A stretch of DNA of 62,762 bases, the filler included, from Choristocarpus tenellus KU-1152 (taxonomy: Eukaryota > Protista > Phaeophyceae): the NCBI GenBank assembly GCA_964200185.2. It is 13 parts of 13 records of this genome, joined end to end, with 100 filler letters (N's around TTAATTAATTAA, not from the genome) between each part and the next. Parts side by side here need not be neighbours in the genome. Positions count along the whole stretch, not along the records: positions 34,973 to 41,682 come from CAXNAD020007509.1; positions 41,783 to 44,756 come from CAXNAD020023237.1; positions 44,857 to 48,261 come from CAXNAD020020261.1; positions 48,362 to 52,259 come from CAXNAD020017273.1; 9 more parts are not named here. The stretch is one strand, 5' to 3'. A program made the position numbers and the translations under genes. Each line of letters begins with the position of its first letter. Position 1 is the first letter of the stretch. Of this stretch, positions 37,400 through 49,400 are shown in pieces. The notes beneath the pieces are model-generated. The model had not been told where the DNA came from. It did not search any database and worked only from the letters and a program-made list of their open reading frames with translations.

Positions 37400-39200
37400 C
37401 TTGATGAAGTGCCCATGGATGAACTAGGACGGATACATTTTGCTACTCTGATGTGAGGGACGTCCTTTGCAATGCTCATGGAAGCATCCTCATGCTTTGA
37501 GACATCTATCCGAGTTAGGTTCGTGGGTCAAGTTTGCGAAAGGAAAGGATACCATCCCCAGGTCCTGCTAGAGCATCCAATGCCGCTAGAAATCATATCA
37601 GGCCTTTCACAGCTCAATGATGGCAACTAATTGCTGGAGGATGGCTTCAGTAGGGTAGTCGATGAGGACATACAAGAACTGATTGCACGACTGCTTGAGC
37701 GAATACAGAGAGCAAACTGACGCTGGGAATCTAGAGGAGAGGACTGGGCATCCTAGCAGTTGCAGGCAGCTGTACTCGAGTACCATCATGGGAGCATCTC
37801 CAAGGGACCTAATATTCACCTGAATCAAATCCCCCCACCAGGAAATAAGGCTATTTTAAAGGTACTGGTCTTCTTCAAGCACCTAACGAAAAATCCTCAA
37901 GTTCTCAGGTACGCAATTGTGGCAACCGAGGAGGAGATAGCAGCTGAGGAGAGGTCCAGGAGATTGCAGCAAATGCTTTCCAAGGGGACACACACCCCTG
38001 CTTCCCCAAGCACGTCCTTCATACATGTGAATAGCAATTCCATCCCAGACTATGATGATCTCTGCCCTAGTCACATCTGCTTGACCATCACCATATTGAC
38101 CATGATGGCGCAAGCTTGAGTTCTTCGCCGCTCTCAAAGAACTGGTGTACACATCCCCAGATTGGTGGTTAAATACTTGTGCAGCAGCGATTAGGGTTGC
38201 TGGGTTACCATTGTGTGGCCGCGAGATAGGATATGACCTGTAGAAGGACGTGCGCCAATAGACAAATGTTATGGCGAGATGAGCATTTCATAGCCACCTT
38301 ATACACTCTTTTCTCAAGGATGCTCAATAATGGTGGCTGCGGATGCAATTGCTCTCTGTGACACTTAATTTATCCAGGGTGCATCAATTCACTTTGACAG
38401 AGAGTAATGCGAGTTGAGCCTAGATGAGACGAATGCATTCAACAGCGTGCATTGTCATGACTTTATTGTGACTTCCCAGAGGTCTTCCTAGGCCTCCTCC
38501 CTTAAAATAGCGAAGGTCCGTAGAGGCTCGCTAGAGTTACTCTACCTATGAGACCTCCTCCAATTCTGGCTCCTCACCTCCAAGGCGCTGAAGAATCTCT
38601 AGACAAATTTTGGTTCTTAGGGGCTCTTGTTACACAGTATTGGACGACTCATTCCTTTCTGCCTGGAAGATTTGTGGTACAGGCAGATTGAGCTTTGCAG
38701 TAATTCAAGGAAGATCTGCAGGGAGTAAATCCAGCACGAGATAATTCAGCTCCTCAATGGGATCTACTTTGACACCATCCACACACAGCTGACAAACCTC
38801 CCTATGGATCCAAGATCTGTAAGAGAATCTTTCACATATGACTTCAGGTCGCCACAGGAGCCAGTGTGTGCAAGGGGGTAACTTATAGGCAATCACTTAA
38901 CCTCTCGAACCACCTAGGCAGTTCCCATCCCCAGAGTTATCCCTCGTGATCAGCTGGTCTTTAGGATAAGAGAAGCCCTGTCCAACTGCTTTCTTCTTGA
39001 GGATTTCCGAAGCCCTGTGCAAGGCAGCCATTGCCCTCTACCGGGAAAAGGGTCTCCTCCTAGATCTGGGCTTTACATAGGTCTAAGCTGACTGCTGTCT
39101 ACAAGAATCTTCATCCAATAACGACATTGCTGCTAATGCAGCGGAGACCTGGGTTCAACCTCAACACCTCAAGGTGTAAAGGTTCGGATGTCTTGGCACA
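37400..39200 (+). pseudogene. Degenerate CRE-like (RLE-type) non-LTR retrotransposon RT
   Basis: LDETNAFNSV (38420-38449), upstream AVLEYHHGSISK....PPPGNKAILKVL..KH, downstream remnants of the QGDPLG and YLDD regions; many stops. Confidence 0.55.
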
Positions 39201-39293
39201 CTGGCACAGCAATTTCTGGATTCGATGTCAGCTAATTTGTGGATGGTAGGGGGGTTGGCGGGTTCAGTAGGAAGATGGTGGTGAAGGCATATC

Positions 39294-39894
39294 TGTTACA
39301 GCGTGGCCCTCAGAACTCACCTCCACAGGATATACAACTCAAATTATACGACCTTAAAACGATGCTATGGGGGCGTTACCCTTGATAACAGTTTGTAGGA
39401 TGTCATGTGTCCTTCTCTTCTTGATATTCCACTCAGTGCTTAGCTCAAAGCTCGACTCAAAGCTCATTCAAGATAAAGATAAGACTGAAGGTTAAAAGGG
39501 GTGATCGTTTGACCAAAAGCCCTCTTATTAATTTCATCATCCACCCAATTTCTTTGGTCTTCTATGCAACTGCTCTACACGTGCTCCAATCATAAACCTT
39601 TATTCTGCAACTTCTTAGAGACTTTGACAAATGTTACGTATGCATTCCGAATCTTACCCTGTATCTTCTATGAAATCATAATTTATTCTGTAATACTACC
39701 TATGTGTTAGTACTATCGTATATTGTTCGCACTTACTTGTTAGAATGTGAGAAACAATCCTCTCACTATACGTCTGTCACAAATGTTCGTGTTTGCTAAA
39801 ACATGACAAGAAATGTTCGTACTATTTACGTGTAATGAATGCTCGCACGTAATTGGAACACAAGAAGAAATGCTCGCGCTACTCGCCTGTAACA
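39294..39894 (+). mobile_element. Solo LTR family L1, 601 bp, 4-bp TSD TATC
   Basis: TGTTACAG...CTGTAACA inverted termini; tatc on both flanks; homologues at 2892-3247, 25916-25987, 60739-61191. Confidence 0.92.
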
Positions 39895-40130
39895 TATCTG
39901 GAGTAGATTATGTTCGTATGGTGCAGCCGATTATTTCCTGTCATATCATGCGCTTCAAACTGGAGACACTGGACCAATGTGCAAGGCAAGGTTTTACCAT
40001 TTCCTGGGATTCTCCCCTTGTTTCTAGATTGTCTTAAAATAGCGCCAGCCTAGCGAAGTACTTTCAGCTATACCTATCATAGTATGATGATCGTTTTCAG
40101 ACATAATACAACCAGTAATACATCTATATA

Positions 40131-40900
40131 TATAGTGGTAGCGGTAGCTTCGCCCTCTGGGGTTGTACCGTCATGAATTTTGATGTAGGCATCAGATTAT
40201 AAAAAATAAAAGCTTATCCATGATGCCCGTCGCAATGCCCTCCAGAGTACGGGCTTTGTTATATTTTTTCCTTTTATTGAAGAAAGAACGGTCATATTGG
40301 GGTTCGAACCCTGGACTATAGGTCACCAAGAGTGGCAACAGATACACTATTACTTGATTAAAGTATAGGATTTAGAAAGGACAAAATCCTCGCTAACCTT
40401 TCTTCCTGTGTGTTCGCGCACTCACTCTTTGAACTCGACAAGGATGTCCTCGTCGAGGCCCAGAACGAAACACCTCTCGTCGCGCCCTTGCTCCGACAAC
40501 TTGATGTGGCCCTTCGCTAGGAAGTCTCTCTCCCATTTACTCACAGTTTCCGATCTGACCATCGCCTATCCTGCTGCCATCTCGAGCGCTGTTTGACAGT
40601 CTTTCCCATCGTTCATACACAGGTACAGGATTCGCAGTGTTAGAGCCTTTACTGTCACATTTCCTCGTTAAGCGCCGGAAATGGGTCACCTTCTTTCGGG
40701 ATTCAGAGCCCTTGTAGCCCAACCCTAGCACTTTCTTTCTCGTTTCCTACGCCACTCTGGCTCACATAGCTTCCAAACAGCTAGCACCTGCTACGACTGT
40801 CGACTACTAAGATATATTCTACACCTGGGTTTTCGCTTAGGCGTTTCCTGAGCGCAATGGCACGCAGTCGTATTGCTCTCTTCCTCAATCTTCCCTTCGG
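40131..40900 (-). mobile_element. Transposase-fragment repeat, copy 2 (internally deleted)
   Basis: Reverse-complement homology to about 19340-20486, lacking about 19549-19923. Confidence 0.75.
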
Positions 40901-41111
40901 GTACGAATTTTTTCCTTTTTGTCAATTTGGGGCTTGGCTTCTCCTGGGGTTTTTTATGACATTTTACCTACTCCAAAATGTTTTGGAGTAGGTAAAATGT
41001 ATAGATATTGACACTTCCTAACAAACACAACAGCCAAAATTACATCAAAATCTCAACATTGGATTTTGGTCCCAAATGGACGCAACCGTACCCTCTAAGA
41101 TACTTTGGCTC
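40899..41111 (-). mobile_element. MITE family A, one TIR truncated
   Basis: gggtacg...ttggggcttgg...CCCTCTAAGATACTTTGGCTC. Confidence 0.88.
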
Positions 41112-41589
41112 GTACGTGCTTTGTTTCATGTACTGAGGGGGCAGCAGACCCACGGCTTGTCAGCGACGTCAAGCTCCTTCTCATCGCTGAACCCGGTGAA
41201 TAATTATGTGACAGTATTTCCACAAGGAGGAAATTATGCTGACCACGTTTTCCATGTGATGGTACAACACTTGTAGGGGAAGTGTACATCCATGAGGTTT
41301 CCCACCTTCCTTTCCCCCAACCCATCCATGCTGTCCATGTTACACGGTCCAGGTTAGGGTGCTATCTCTTGCGAAACTACAAAAAGGGGTTGGGAAGATC
41401 TGTATTGAGATGGAGAAGATTCGTTGCAGGCAGGTTGAGTATGCACCAAACTTGAGGAAGGAGATGAAGCGACGAGCAAAGTTGTGGTGTGACGGCTTCT
41501 TTGACCCTTGACTGCCCACTAGCGAGCTATTGCCTTGTCTCCTGTCCTTGACTACTATTTCAATTTATCGGAATGGTGGATATTGGGAT

Positions 41590-41682
41590 GAGTGAAACTA
41601 TCTTAGAGGGTACGAACTTTTCCCTTTTTGTCCATTTGTGGGGCTTGGCTCCCCATGTTTTTTTTTTGGACATTTTCCGACT
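41590..41682 (-). mobile_element. MITE family A, partial (contig end)
   Basis: GAGTGAAACTATCTTAGAGGGTACG...gtccatttg. Confidence 0.88.
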
Positions 41683-41782
41683 NNNNNNNNNNNNNNNNNN
41701 NNNNNNNNNNNNNNNNNNNNNNNNNNTTAATTAATTAANNNNNNNNNNNNNNNNNNNNNNNNNNNNNNNNNNNNNNNNNNNN

Positions 41783-41840
41783 CCAAAAGGACACCCGGGT
41801 GGAGACCCCCCCCTCCTCCCCCCCCCAGATACTTTGGGTC
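41783..41840 (-). mobile_element. MITE family B terminus (contig start)
   Basis: ggacacccgggtggagacccc...CAGATACTTTGGGTC. Confidence 0.85.
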
Positions 41841-42741
41841 ATGTATCTTGTACTAATATCCAAACAATATATGATTTCAGTGCACTTGTGCACTGATATA
41901 TTTCTGACTGTTGTGCTTGAATGAGCTTTGTGCCTGATTAAATAATATGTCAACATGAGGACACATGAACACTAAGAATCAACTACAAGCATGACATGGG
42001 TAACAAAAAAGTCTGAAGAACTGTCTAACCAGAAATATTGTGTGAGTCAAGCGTATTGAGGGAGATGGCATTTTTATCAATGGTGCTAAAGGACATAGTG
42101 TGTCAAAGAAAATTATCCCTCCACAACACAGAAATACATACACTTCTTGTGGTTGTTTTATACATAATGATCAGATAGTGTTGAATAAATCACCACCTAC
42201 ATCAAGCCATCCAACTCTGCGCCTAAGTTGAATCGACAACCATGGTTTCTATGTGTCCAAGACTTATGCCTGCCTGATTCCTGGAGATATAATTATTTTT
42301 ATGAGTGACGGTAGTGTAGAGGAAGACATGGGAACGACATTATGGGGCAGTTGGGTTGGGTATATGGGTAGGGCGTAGCAATCGGGTGGAGGGTGTGAAC
42401 TGAGAGAGGAAGGGTCCATCCCACAGGCACCTGATCCCACAGTAGTCAGAATCTTCAGGTATCAAGCCTCAAGCTAAAACACATTATGAGCATATTTAGC
42501 CCTTCCAGAAGTTGCTGGATGTGTAACCACACAAACTGCCTCACAGTGTTGGTTTCTCTGAAAGTGTTTCCCAAGACGATGGAGGGCATTCTCAAATACT
42601 TGCAAGCATGCGCTCCTGTGGTGTCACCAACATAACAGGCACATCGCTCACCTTTGTTTGTGATGGGAAGACAGACTCACTCCAGGGATAATCATATCAG
42701 TGAGTCAGCGACCCAATTATGGTGGAGACTCAGAAGGCAGA

Positions 42742-42997
42742 GAGTCAAAGTGTCTTAGAGGGTAGAGTCGCGTCCATTTGGGGGTGATAATCCAATGTTC
42801 GATTTTGATGTAATTTTTGCTATCGTGTTAGTTAGGAAGTGTCAATATCCTTGTCCAGACATACCTTTTCATAACGTATATATTTTACCTACTCCAAACA
42901 GTTTGGAGTAGGAAAATATTTTATTAAAACCTATGGGAAGCCAAGTCCCAAACGGGCAAACAGGGCAAAACTCGTACTCTCTAAGATACTTTCACTC
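42742..42997 (+). mobile_element. MITE family A, full length, probably in a PP2C intron; TSD not preserved
   Basis: GAGTCAAAGTGTCTTAGAGGGTA...CTAAGATACTTTCACTC. Confidence 0.92.
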
Positions 42998-43114
42998 TGA
43001 TTTTCATAACCTAACATTAAAAATATCTCTCTAATCCTTGCTGTACAAGTAGTTAGAGAGTGGTAACATGATTCATTGAAGTATGTATCATTGCATGTTC
43101 CAAGTCAGGCACAC

Positions 43115-43243
43115 CTCTTCGTCAATCACATCCCAAAGGCCATCTGTAGCCAGAATAGCCAGCTCCACATCTGGTCCGACTACCTCTGACATCACCTCTG
43201 GGACAGCCATTAGTGCAGGTTGCTTGCCCTCATTTGGTTGTTG
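43115..43243 (-). CDS. Protein phosphatase 2C (PPM family) exon with the metal-binding DGLWD motif
   Basis: CAG acceptor, GT donor, 129 nt, phase 0: QQPNEGKQPALMAVPEVMSEVVGPDVELAILATDGLWDVIDEE. Confidence 0.92.
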
Positions 43244-43960
43244 CTGGGAAGTTGTTTGTATTGTGCGGGTGCAGATGGAGGTCAGAGTCAAGTTGATGAT
43301 TGTCCCAGTTGTTTATATCACTATCAGATTTTAAAGAATCATGTGTTGATTTGCTCCAATTGAATATCGACACTGATTGCTGCAAAGGATCCACAGGAGA
43401 TGATTTGTACATTCATTGTGACTTTCGTGCAGGGAATTGCAGTTCGATACGGGTAACAATAAATTGATGTTAGTGGCCTATGAAATAAGCCTATTGAATT
43501 ACATGGCTAAGCCCAACAAGAATCTTTATACAACACTTTGTTTCAAGTCAGTCTCAGCACCAGGGTGCAGGAGGTTCAGTGACATGTCGTACAGGAGAGA
43601 GTATCATTTGAACTCTTGCCACTGAGAATCTCAGATGCAAAAACACACTCCCTTTGTGCTTATGGATCAGATGGGATCATTAGTGCTGTCCCTGCAAATC
43701 TTGTACAGCAGACATTAGGCACTATAGTTGTTGTAGCTCATCTTGGGTGCAACAGGTGGTCAGACATTCAAAGCGATCGTTTGATATGAACATTTCTTCC
43801 ATACCAATAGTAACATATTCCGGACCAAGACTAGATCACACGCCTCACCAAACACAAGGAACAAAGGTTCTTCAGAGTACGTGAGTGTTCCGAACTCCAG
43901 TTGGAGGGTGCTACCAGATCATGTAGTTTCCCTCCTCTCCCCTAGCAGAGACACACAGAC

Positions 43961-44041
43961 CTTGTGTTGTATGTCCCCAAATGACCTTGACACTGCTAAC
44001 ACACTATTGATGCGGTTGTTGGCAATAAAGCCACCTGCTGC
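43961..44041 (-). CDS. Protein phosphatase 2C (PPM family) upstream exon
   Basis: CAG acceptor, GT donor, 81 nt, phase 0: AAGGFIANNRINSVLAVSRSFGDIQHK (GG...R.NG.LAVSRAFGD motif); splices in frame to 43115-43243. Confidence 0.92.
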
Positions 44042-44607
44042 CTGAGGAGTGGGAAGAGGTTTCGGCAACGAAGTATGGTGGCTATGGAGTTTAGCATGCA
44101 TCTGAGGGAGCAACACAATATGTTAAAACTTGGATCACGCACACACAGGCCCCATAACTTCAATACCACTTTGAAGAATGAACGGTATGGCGACCCCGTG
44201 ATATCTGCATCATTCACTGCAGTGCCATGCCCGCCAAGACCAATACCGTGTATCAGCTGTAGTTGAAGCAAATGTGCAAGGGTACTTTGCAAGGGTGGCG
44301 CCCCCTCTTGCAGTCAAGCATACCCTTGGAATTTCGTACTACTGAGTAGGTACTTTGTGATACATTTGTAGATAGCACACCAGAACGTGAGGCATTTGCA
44401 ACATGGACGCACCGACTATTTATTACAGAGTACCTTGGAGCACTTTGGAGTACTATGGAGTACCTAGCAAGAGGAGAGGAAGATGTTCAATCTCCCTACA
44501 CATGTAAGTTAAAAAAAATTGAAGTTCAGTGATGGCCATGAAAAACAAGACTTGACCTAAACCAAACTACACAGCACCATCGTAAAAATAAAATAAAACA
44601 AGTATCA

Positions 44608-44756
44608 GAGCCAAAGTATCTTAGAGGGTAGAGCTGCATCCATTTGGGGACCAAAATCCAATGTTGGAATTTTGATGTAATTTTGGCTATCGTGTTTGTT
44701 ACGAAGTGTCAATATCCATGTTCTGGACACACCTTTTCATAACGCATACATTTTAC
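44608..44756 (+). mobile_element. MITE family A, partial (contig end)
   Basis: GAGCCAAAGTATCTTAGAGGGTAGAG... Confidence 0.9.
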
Positions 44757-44856
44757 NNNNNNNNNNNNNNNNNNNNNNNNNNNNNNNNNNNNNNNNNNNN
44801 TTAATTAATTAANNNNNNNNNNNNNNNNNNNNNNNNNNNNNNNNNNNNNNNNNNNN

Positions 44857-47650
44857 ACTACTCTTTGGGGAGGTAGCACCGGCTTACCACACCTTAACCA
44901 AACTGGTAAAGGAACGTTACATGCGGCAAACCCGAAAGGATGCAGTATTCCACCTATGCAGGTACTAGGATCCTGCATACTGCCAATATTGTTTCCCCCA
45001 GAGGATAGAGTCCACAATGTGACATTTAGAGTAGTGGAAGGCTTACCTTACGGGATGGTTCTGGGAGCCGCATTCTGTAGGCAGAACAAGAGCGTACTGT
45101 CATTTCGAGAGGGGGAAGGCTTTCGACCAGCTCCAAATTCACCATGGATACCTTTTGTTCGAGCTGTGACACCTCGACCTCATGATAACAATGCACCCCT
45201 GTCAGCCCTAGGAGAATGGCAAGCATCAATGACTCCCACAACCCGACCATCCAAGTACCACAGACTGTCTCCCAATAAGCCCAGATCAGCTGAATGTAGA
45301 GAACCCCCCCCTAACACAGTCCCTAGATTCCCAAAATGCACTAGTACTCTAACTGGTGAGCATACACCACCAGAAAAGGAACATGCAACTTTTTTTTATG
45401 TAGGCCCAGAAGCAGGCACCCAAGATATGGATCCAGAGGCAGATATCGCCATGATAGATCTTACCCAGGACAAGGATCCCCGGACCCAACCATTGGAGAA
45501 TCCAGGTGTAGTACCCCTTTCGGCAGAGGTAGTGTGGGAAGATGATGGGACTCTGCAATGGGAATTGCGTCTGTCAGAAGAAGAACATGTAGAAGGGTTT
45601 GTCAGCAAAGTCTGCAAAGGATTTGTCAAGGGGGCACAACCACAGTCCAGACAGTTGGTGATGATTGAGCCCTTAGCAGAGTATAACCTGGAATTAGGGA
45701 ATGCTGTCGGAGTTGCCAGAGGTATACAATGGTGGAACCCAGGAACCCCTATTTATTGCAAGCTGGTAAATACGTGCAGCAAGCCCAGTAGTGTCCAGGC
45801 AGGGCTGTCGGTTGCAAAGGCGATTACTCTGAATACTAAGGACACAGAAAGGGTGGTTGCACTCTTTCAGTCACTAGCCCATTTCCCCAAAGACCCTCAA
45901 AAAGCACATGTTCTGCTTGCCAAGACTGGTTTTCAGACAGGGCATTCCCCAGAAGCAGAGGAGACTGGTGACTGCCCGGTAGCAGAAGAAGAAGATACCC
46001 CTTAAGGTGAAGCCAAGGGAGTCCGACATCAATTGGTGAGCCTCAGCGATGCCAATATGGGACAGCTGACACCAGGGCAGAAGAAACAGTTGGTGGAATT
46101 ATTGGAAGAATTTAGAAATTTAGGGATATTCCCTGAAGATCCCAAACGAGTTCCCCCATGCTCTAGAGGAGTACTACATATACCACTATTAGACAAGAAC
46201 TGTACACCCTATGCAGCGAAACAGAGGCACTTTTCCCCTGAAGAAACGCAGATGATTCAAGCCGAGGTTAAGCAGTTACAGGAACGTGGTATTATCAGAT
46301 CCTCTAACTCACATGGGCAGCAGCAGTAGTAGCAGTACGTAAGAAAGATGGGACCCTGAGGTTGTGCACAGACTATAGGATGCTTAATGACCTCTCGCGA
46401 AGTGATAGTGGAGGTCTCGGAAACATCACCAGCATCTTTGATAAGCTTAAGGGTTCTAGCTATTTTGCTGCCATAGATTTAGCATCAGGATTCTTTCAAC
46501 TAGAAATTGCAGAGGTAGACAAACATAAGACAGCCTTTCGTGACGCTCATGGACAACTCTGGGAATATAACAGGTGTGGCTTTGGGTTGAAAATCCTACC
46601 TGCAGTATTCTCTAGCTACATGAGAGAGGCATTAGGAGATCTCAAAGGAAACGGTGTAGAAAACTGGCTAGACGATATTTTTTGCTATAGCTCATCATTT
46701 GATGAACACATGACCAAACTTCGCCTCCTTCTTTCCAGACTCAAGCAATACGGCCTGTCTGTGAACTTTCCCAAATCCTAGTGGTGCATGCCCTCACAAG
46801 AATTTGTAGGAATGAAGGTAGGTAGAGACGGCTTGAGTCCTGCTCCATCAAAAATGGTAGCGGTAGCAAACCTTGATCCCTCATCTACAGTTGAGCAGTT
46901 GAGAAGTTTCCTAGGCATGACAGGACACATGTGACAGTTTGTTCCGAACTATGGCCAAGTAGCTGCACCTCCGACTAACATCCTCCGGAATAAGGGTATG
47001 CTTCCAAAAGAGACAGGAAGAAGAGTATTCCTTGGAGACCAGAGGAGCAGAAAGCCTTTTGAAGAACTTAAGGTGCGTCTGGTCTCTCCACCAACCCTAG
47101 TCTTTCCTGACTGGGATAAGATGTTCCTTCTCCATACAGATGCTAGTGAGGAAGGGGCAGGAGCAACACTGACCCAGGTACAGGATGATGACCAAGAGCA
47201 TGTCATAGCTTATGCTAGCCATAGATGGTCTAAATTAGACAGTAGGAGAGCACCCACTGAAAGGGAATGCATGGCTATCTTGTGGGTTGTAGAGCACTTC
47301 CGCTCCTACATTTGGGGTAGGAAATTCACCCTAGTCACTGACTGCTCTGCACTGACTTGGCTCTTCAAGAGTTGTGAACTTAGCCCCAAGCTCCACAGGT
47401 GGGCCCTCCGTCTTATGGACCACGATATGGAACTTAAGTGGTGAGCCGGTTCGAAGCACCAACTACCAGATGGACTGTCACGACTTTCCTCACCTTCAGA
47501 TCAAGGTTTGGATATCGACGATTATTTTCCTGATGATCCATCAGTAGCCTGTAGCAAGAACTACGCTGGACCACGAGGACCTGTCTTAGATGGTGTGTGT
47601 TTGCAAGATTTAGGTACATCAGACCTAAGCCCAGGGCACCACACACCGTC
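44857..47650 (+). pseudogene. Ty3/Gypsy pol (protease C-half, insert domain, RT, RNase H) with few disruptions
   Basis: MVLGAAF (protease), KKDGTLRLCTDYR.LN, IDLASGFFQ, KHKTAF, GFGLK, WLDD, LHTDAS, ERECMA, VTDCSAL, HQLPDGLSR; stops at 46003, 46779, 46932, 47442 and a frameshift near 46310. Confidence 0.95.
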
Positions 47651-48361
47651 CCCTTGCTCTCTCTGTTCGTTAGTAGATTCAGAGCTAGAGTGTACTCCTC
47701 CCCCACATGATGAATTGAGTCTAGGTGTGTAGCACAGATGTTACTTAAGGAAGCAGCTGATGCCACACTCTCAGGAATACTGTTAGCCCTGCAAGACTGT
47801 CTCACGGGACCTGATAATCGAGGCTTAGGTGTTAGAGGTAGGCTATCACCCAGTGGTTCTCAGGGTCAAAGTCTGGGTGTGTATACCCCACCCTCTGGTT
47901 GGATGACCCCAGATGAAATACCTAGTGTAGGCCCGACACACACCTCACAGCAACTCTCTCCCCCGCTTAACGCCACTAACACTTTTGGTTGGCAATCTTT
48001 AGACCCTACCCTCGAAGACAGGGTAGAAATAAGAGGAAAAACAGGAGAAGAGAAGCCACCTTGCAAGAAACGGCGCACAAGTACACCAAGGCCGAAGAAC
48101 AAGAGAGGCAGACATATTCAGTTGATCCACACCACACACAGGAACATCATAGCACACGTCATCCAAGTTACTTCGGAACTTTCATCAAGTGCGTTCCACT
48201 GTTACCTTGTGTCCCCTTTCTATTTTGTTGTTGTTGCCATCTCAGTTCTTCCTTTTTATATNNNNNNNNNNNNNNNNNNNNNNNNNNNNNNNNNNNNNNN
48301 NNNNNTTAATTAATTAANNNNNNNNNNNNNNNNNNNNNNNNNNNNNNNNNNNNNNNNNNNN

Positions 48362-48662
48362 CGACTGCCCCAACCTCGATCGGGCTACAAGACTGGGGGG
48401 AGATGACGGTCAAGGTAGAAGATGCATGAGATGCACAGGGTTGGGTCACGAGATGAGCGAATGTCCCCTGACTGTTCGAGCCAGGGAGAGGACAGGAAGA
48501 CCTTCTGGAAAGGGTGATAAGGAGGGATCGCATATGGTATCGATCACAACTCCTCCCTCAACCGAATCTCGAGAGGTGGAAGACATCAGTTCGAGACTGG
48601 AAAGGTTAGAAGGCTTCATCAGAAGCTCTTATTTCGGTGACAGAGCAAATTACCCGTTGTGA
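48362..48662 (+). pseudogene. Retrotransposon gag C-terminus with CCHC zinc knuckle
   Basis: RRCMRCTGLGHEMSECP = C-x2-C-x4-H-x4-C; 5' end lost at the contig break. Confidence 0.7.
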
Positions 48663-48849
48663 CTGTCTTCCCTTGTGTTTATTGTCATTCTGAATGATTT
48701 TAATTTGGTTTTGTCCCCCATCTCTTGTGCATTTTGGTGCGTACCCACAGTAGTCAAGTGACAGCTGTAGTTTTGTGTGTATGGCATTTCAGTGATAAGT
48801 CAATTGTTTAGTACTACTTTTCTCAAAGATTCACTTTAGGCGTGACACT

Positions 48850-49400
48850 AGGGATATTTCCAGGATCGTGGGAGACGCTTGATGTATTGCTAAGGATCCT
48901 GATATTTCATGGATTGTGGGAGACGCAATGGGACATCGGTAAGGATCCACAGTAGAAAACACCCCAGGATGTGTTCGTAAAGATTGTGATAGGATAGGTA
49001 GGAAGTGACAGTTCCACCATATACTTTGTTCCGAAGATTCGTAGTGGTGATGTATTAGGGAAGTTTCGTTGATTGTAGGAGACGCTGGATGTATTGCTAA
49101 GGACCTTGCCATTTCATGGATTGTGGGAGACGCAATGGGACATCGCTAAGGACTTGCAGGAGAAAGTACCCCATAATGTTTCCACTGGAGACTACAATAG
49201 GGAAGTAGATATGAAGTAGGATCTGTGTTCCAATGATCTGCAGTAGTGATGTACTAAGGAGGTTTCGTTGATTATAGGAGACGCTGGATGAATTGCTAAG
49301 GACCCTGCCATTTTATGGATTGTGGGAGACGCAATGGGACATCACTAAGGACTTGCAGGAGAAAGTACCCCATAATGTTTCCACAGGAAGCTGCAGTAGG
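48850..49400 (+). repeat. Tandem repeat, ~200-bp unit x ~2.6, each unit with an internal ~48-bp subrepeat
   Basis: GGAGACGC cores at 48871, 48919, 49078, 49126, 49277, 49325. Confidence 0.92.

Noticed and set aside
48850-49400. CRISPR-like repeat/spacer array
   Set aside because: The intervening segments are homologous to each other, units are ~200 bp, there are no cas genes and the context is eukaryotic.
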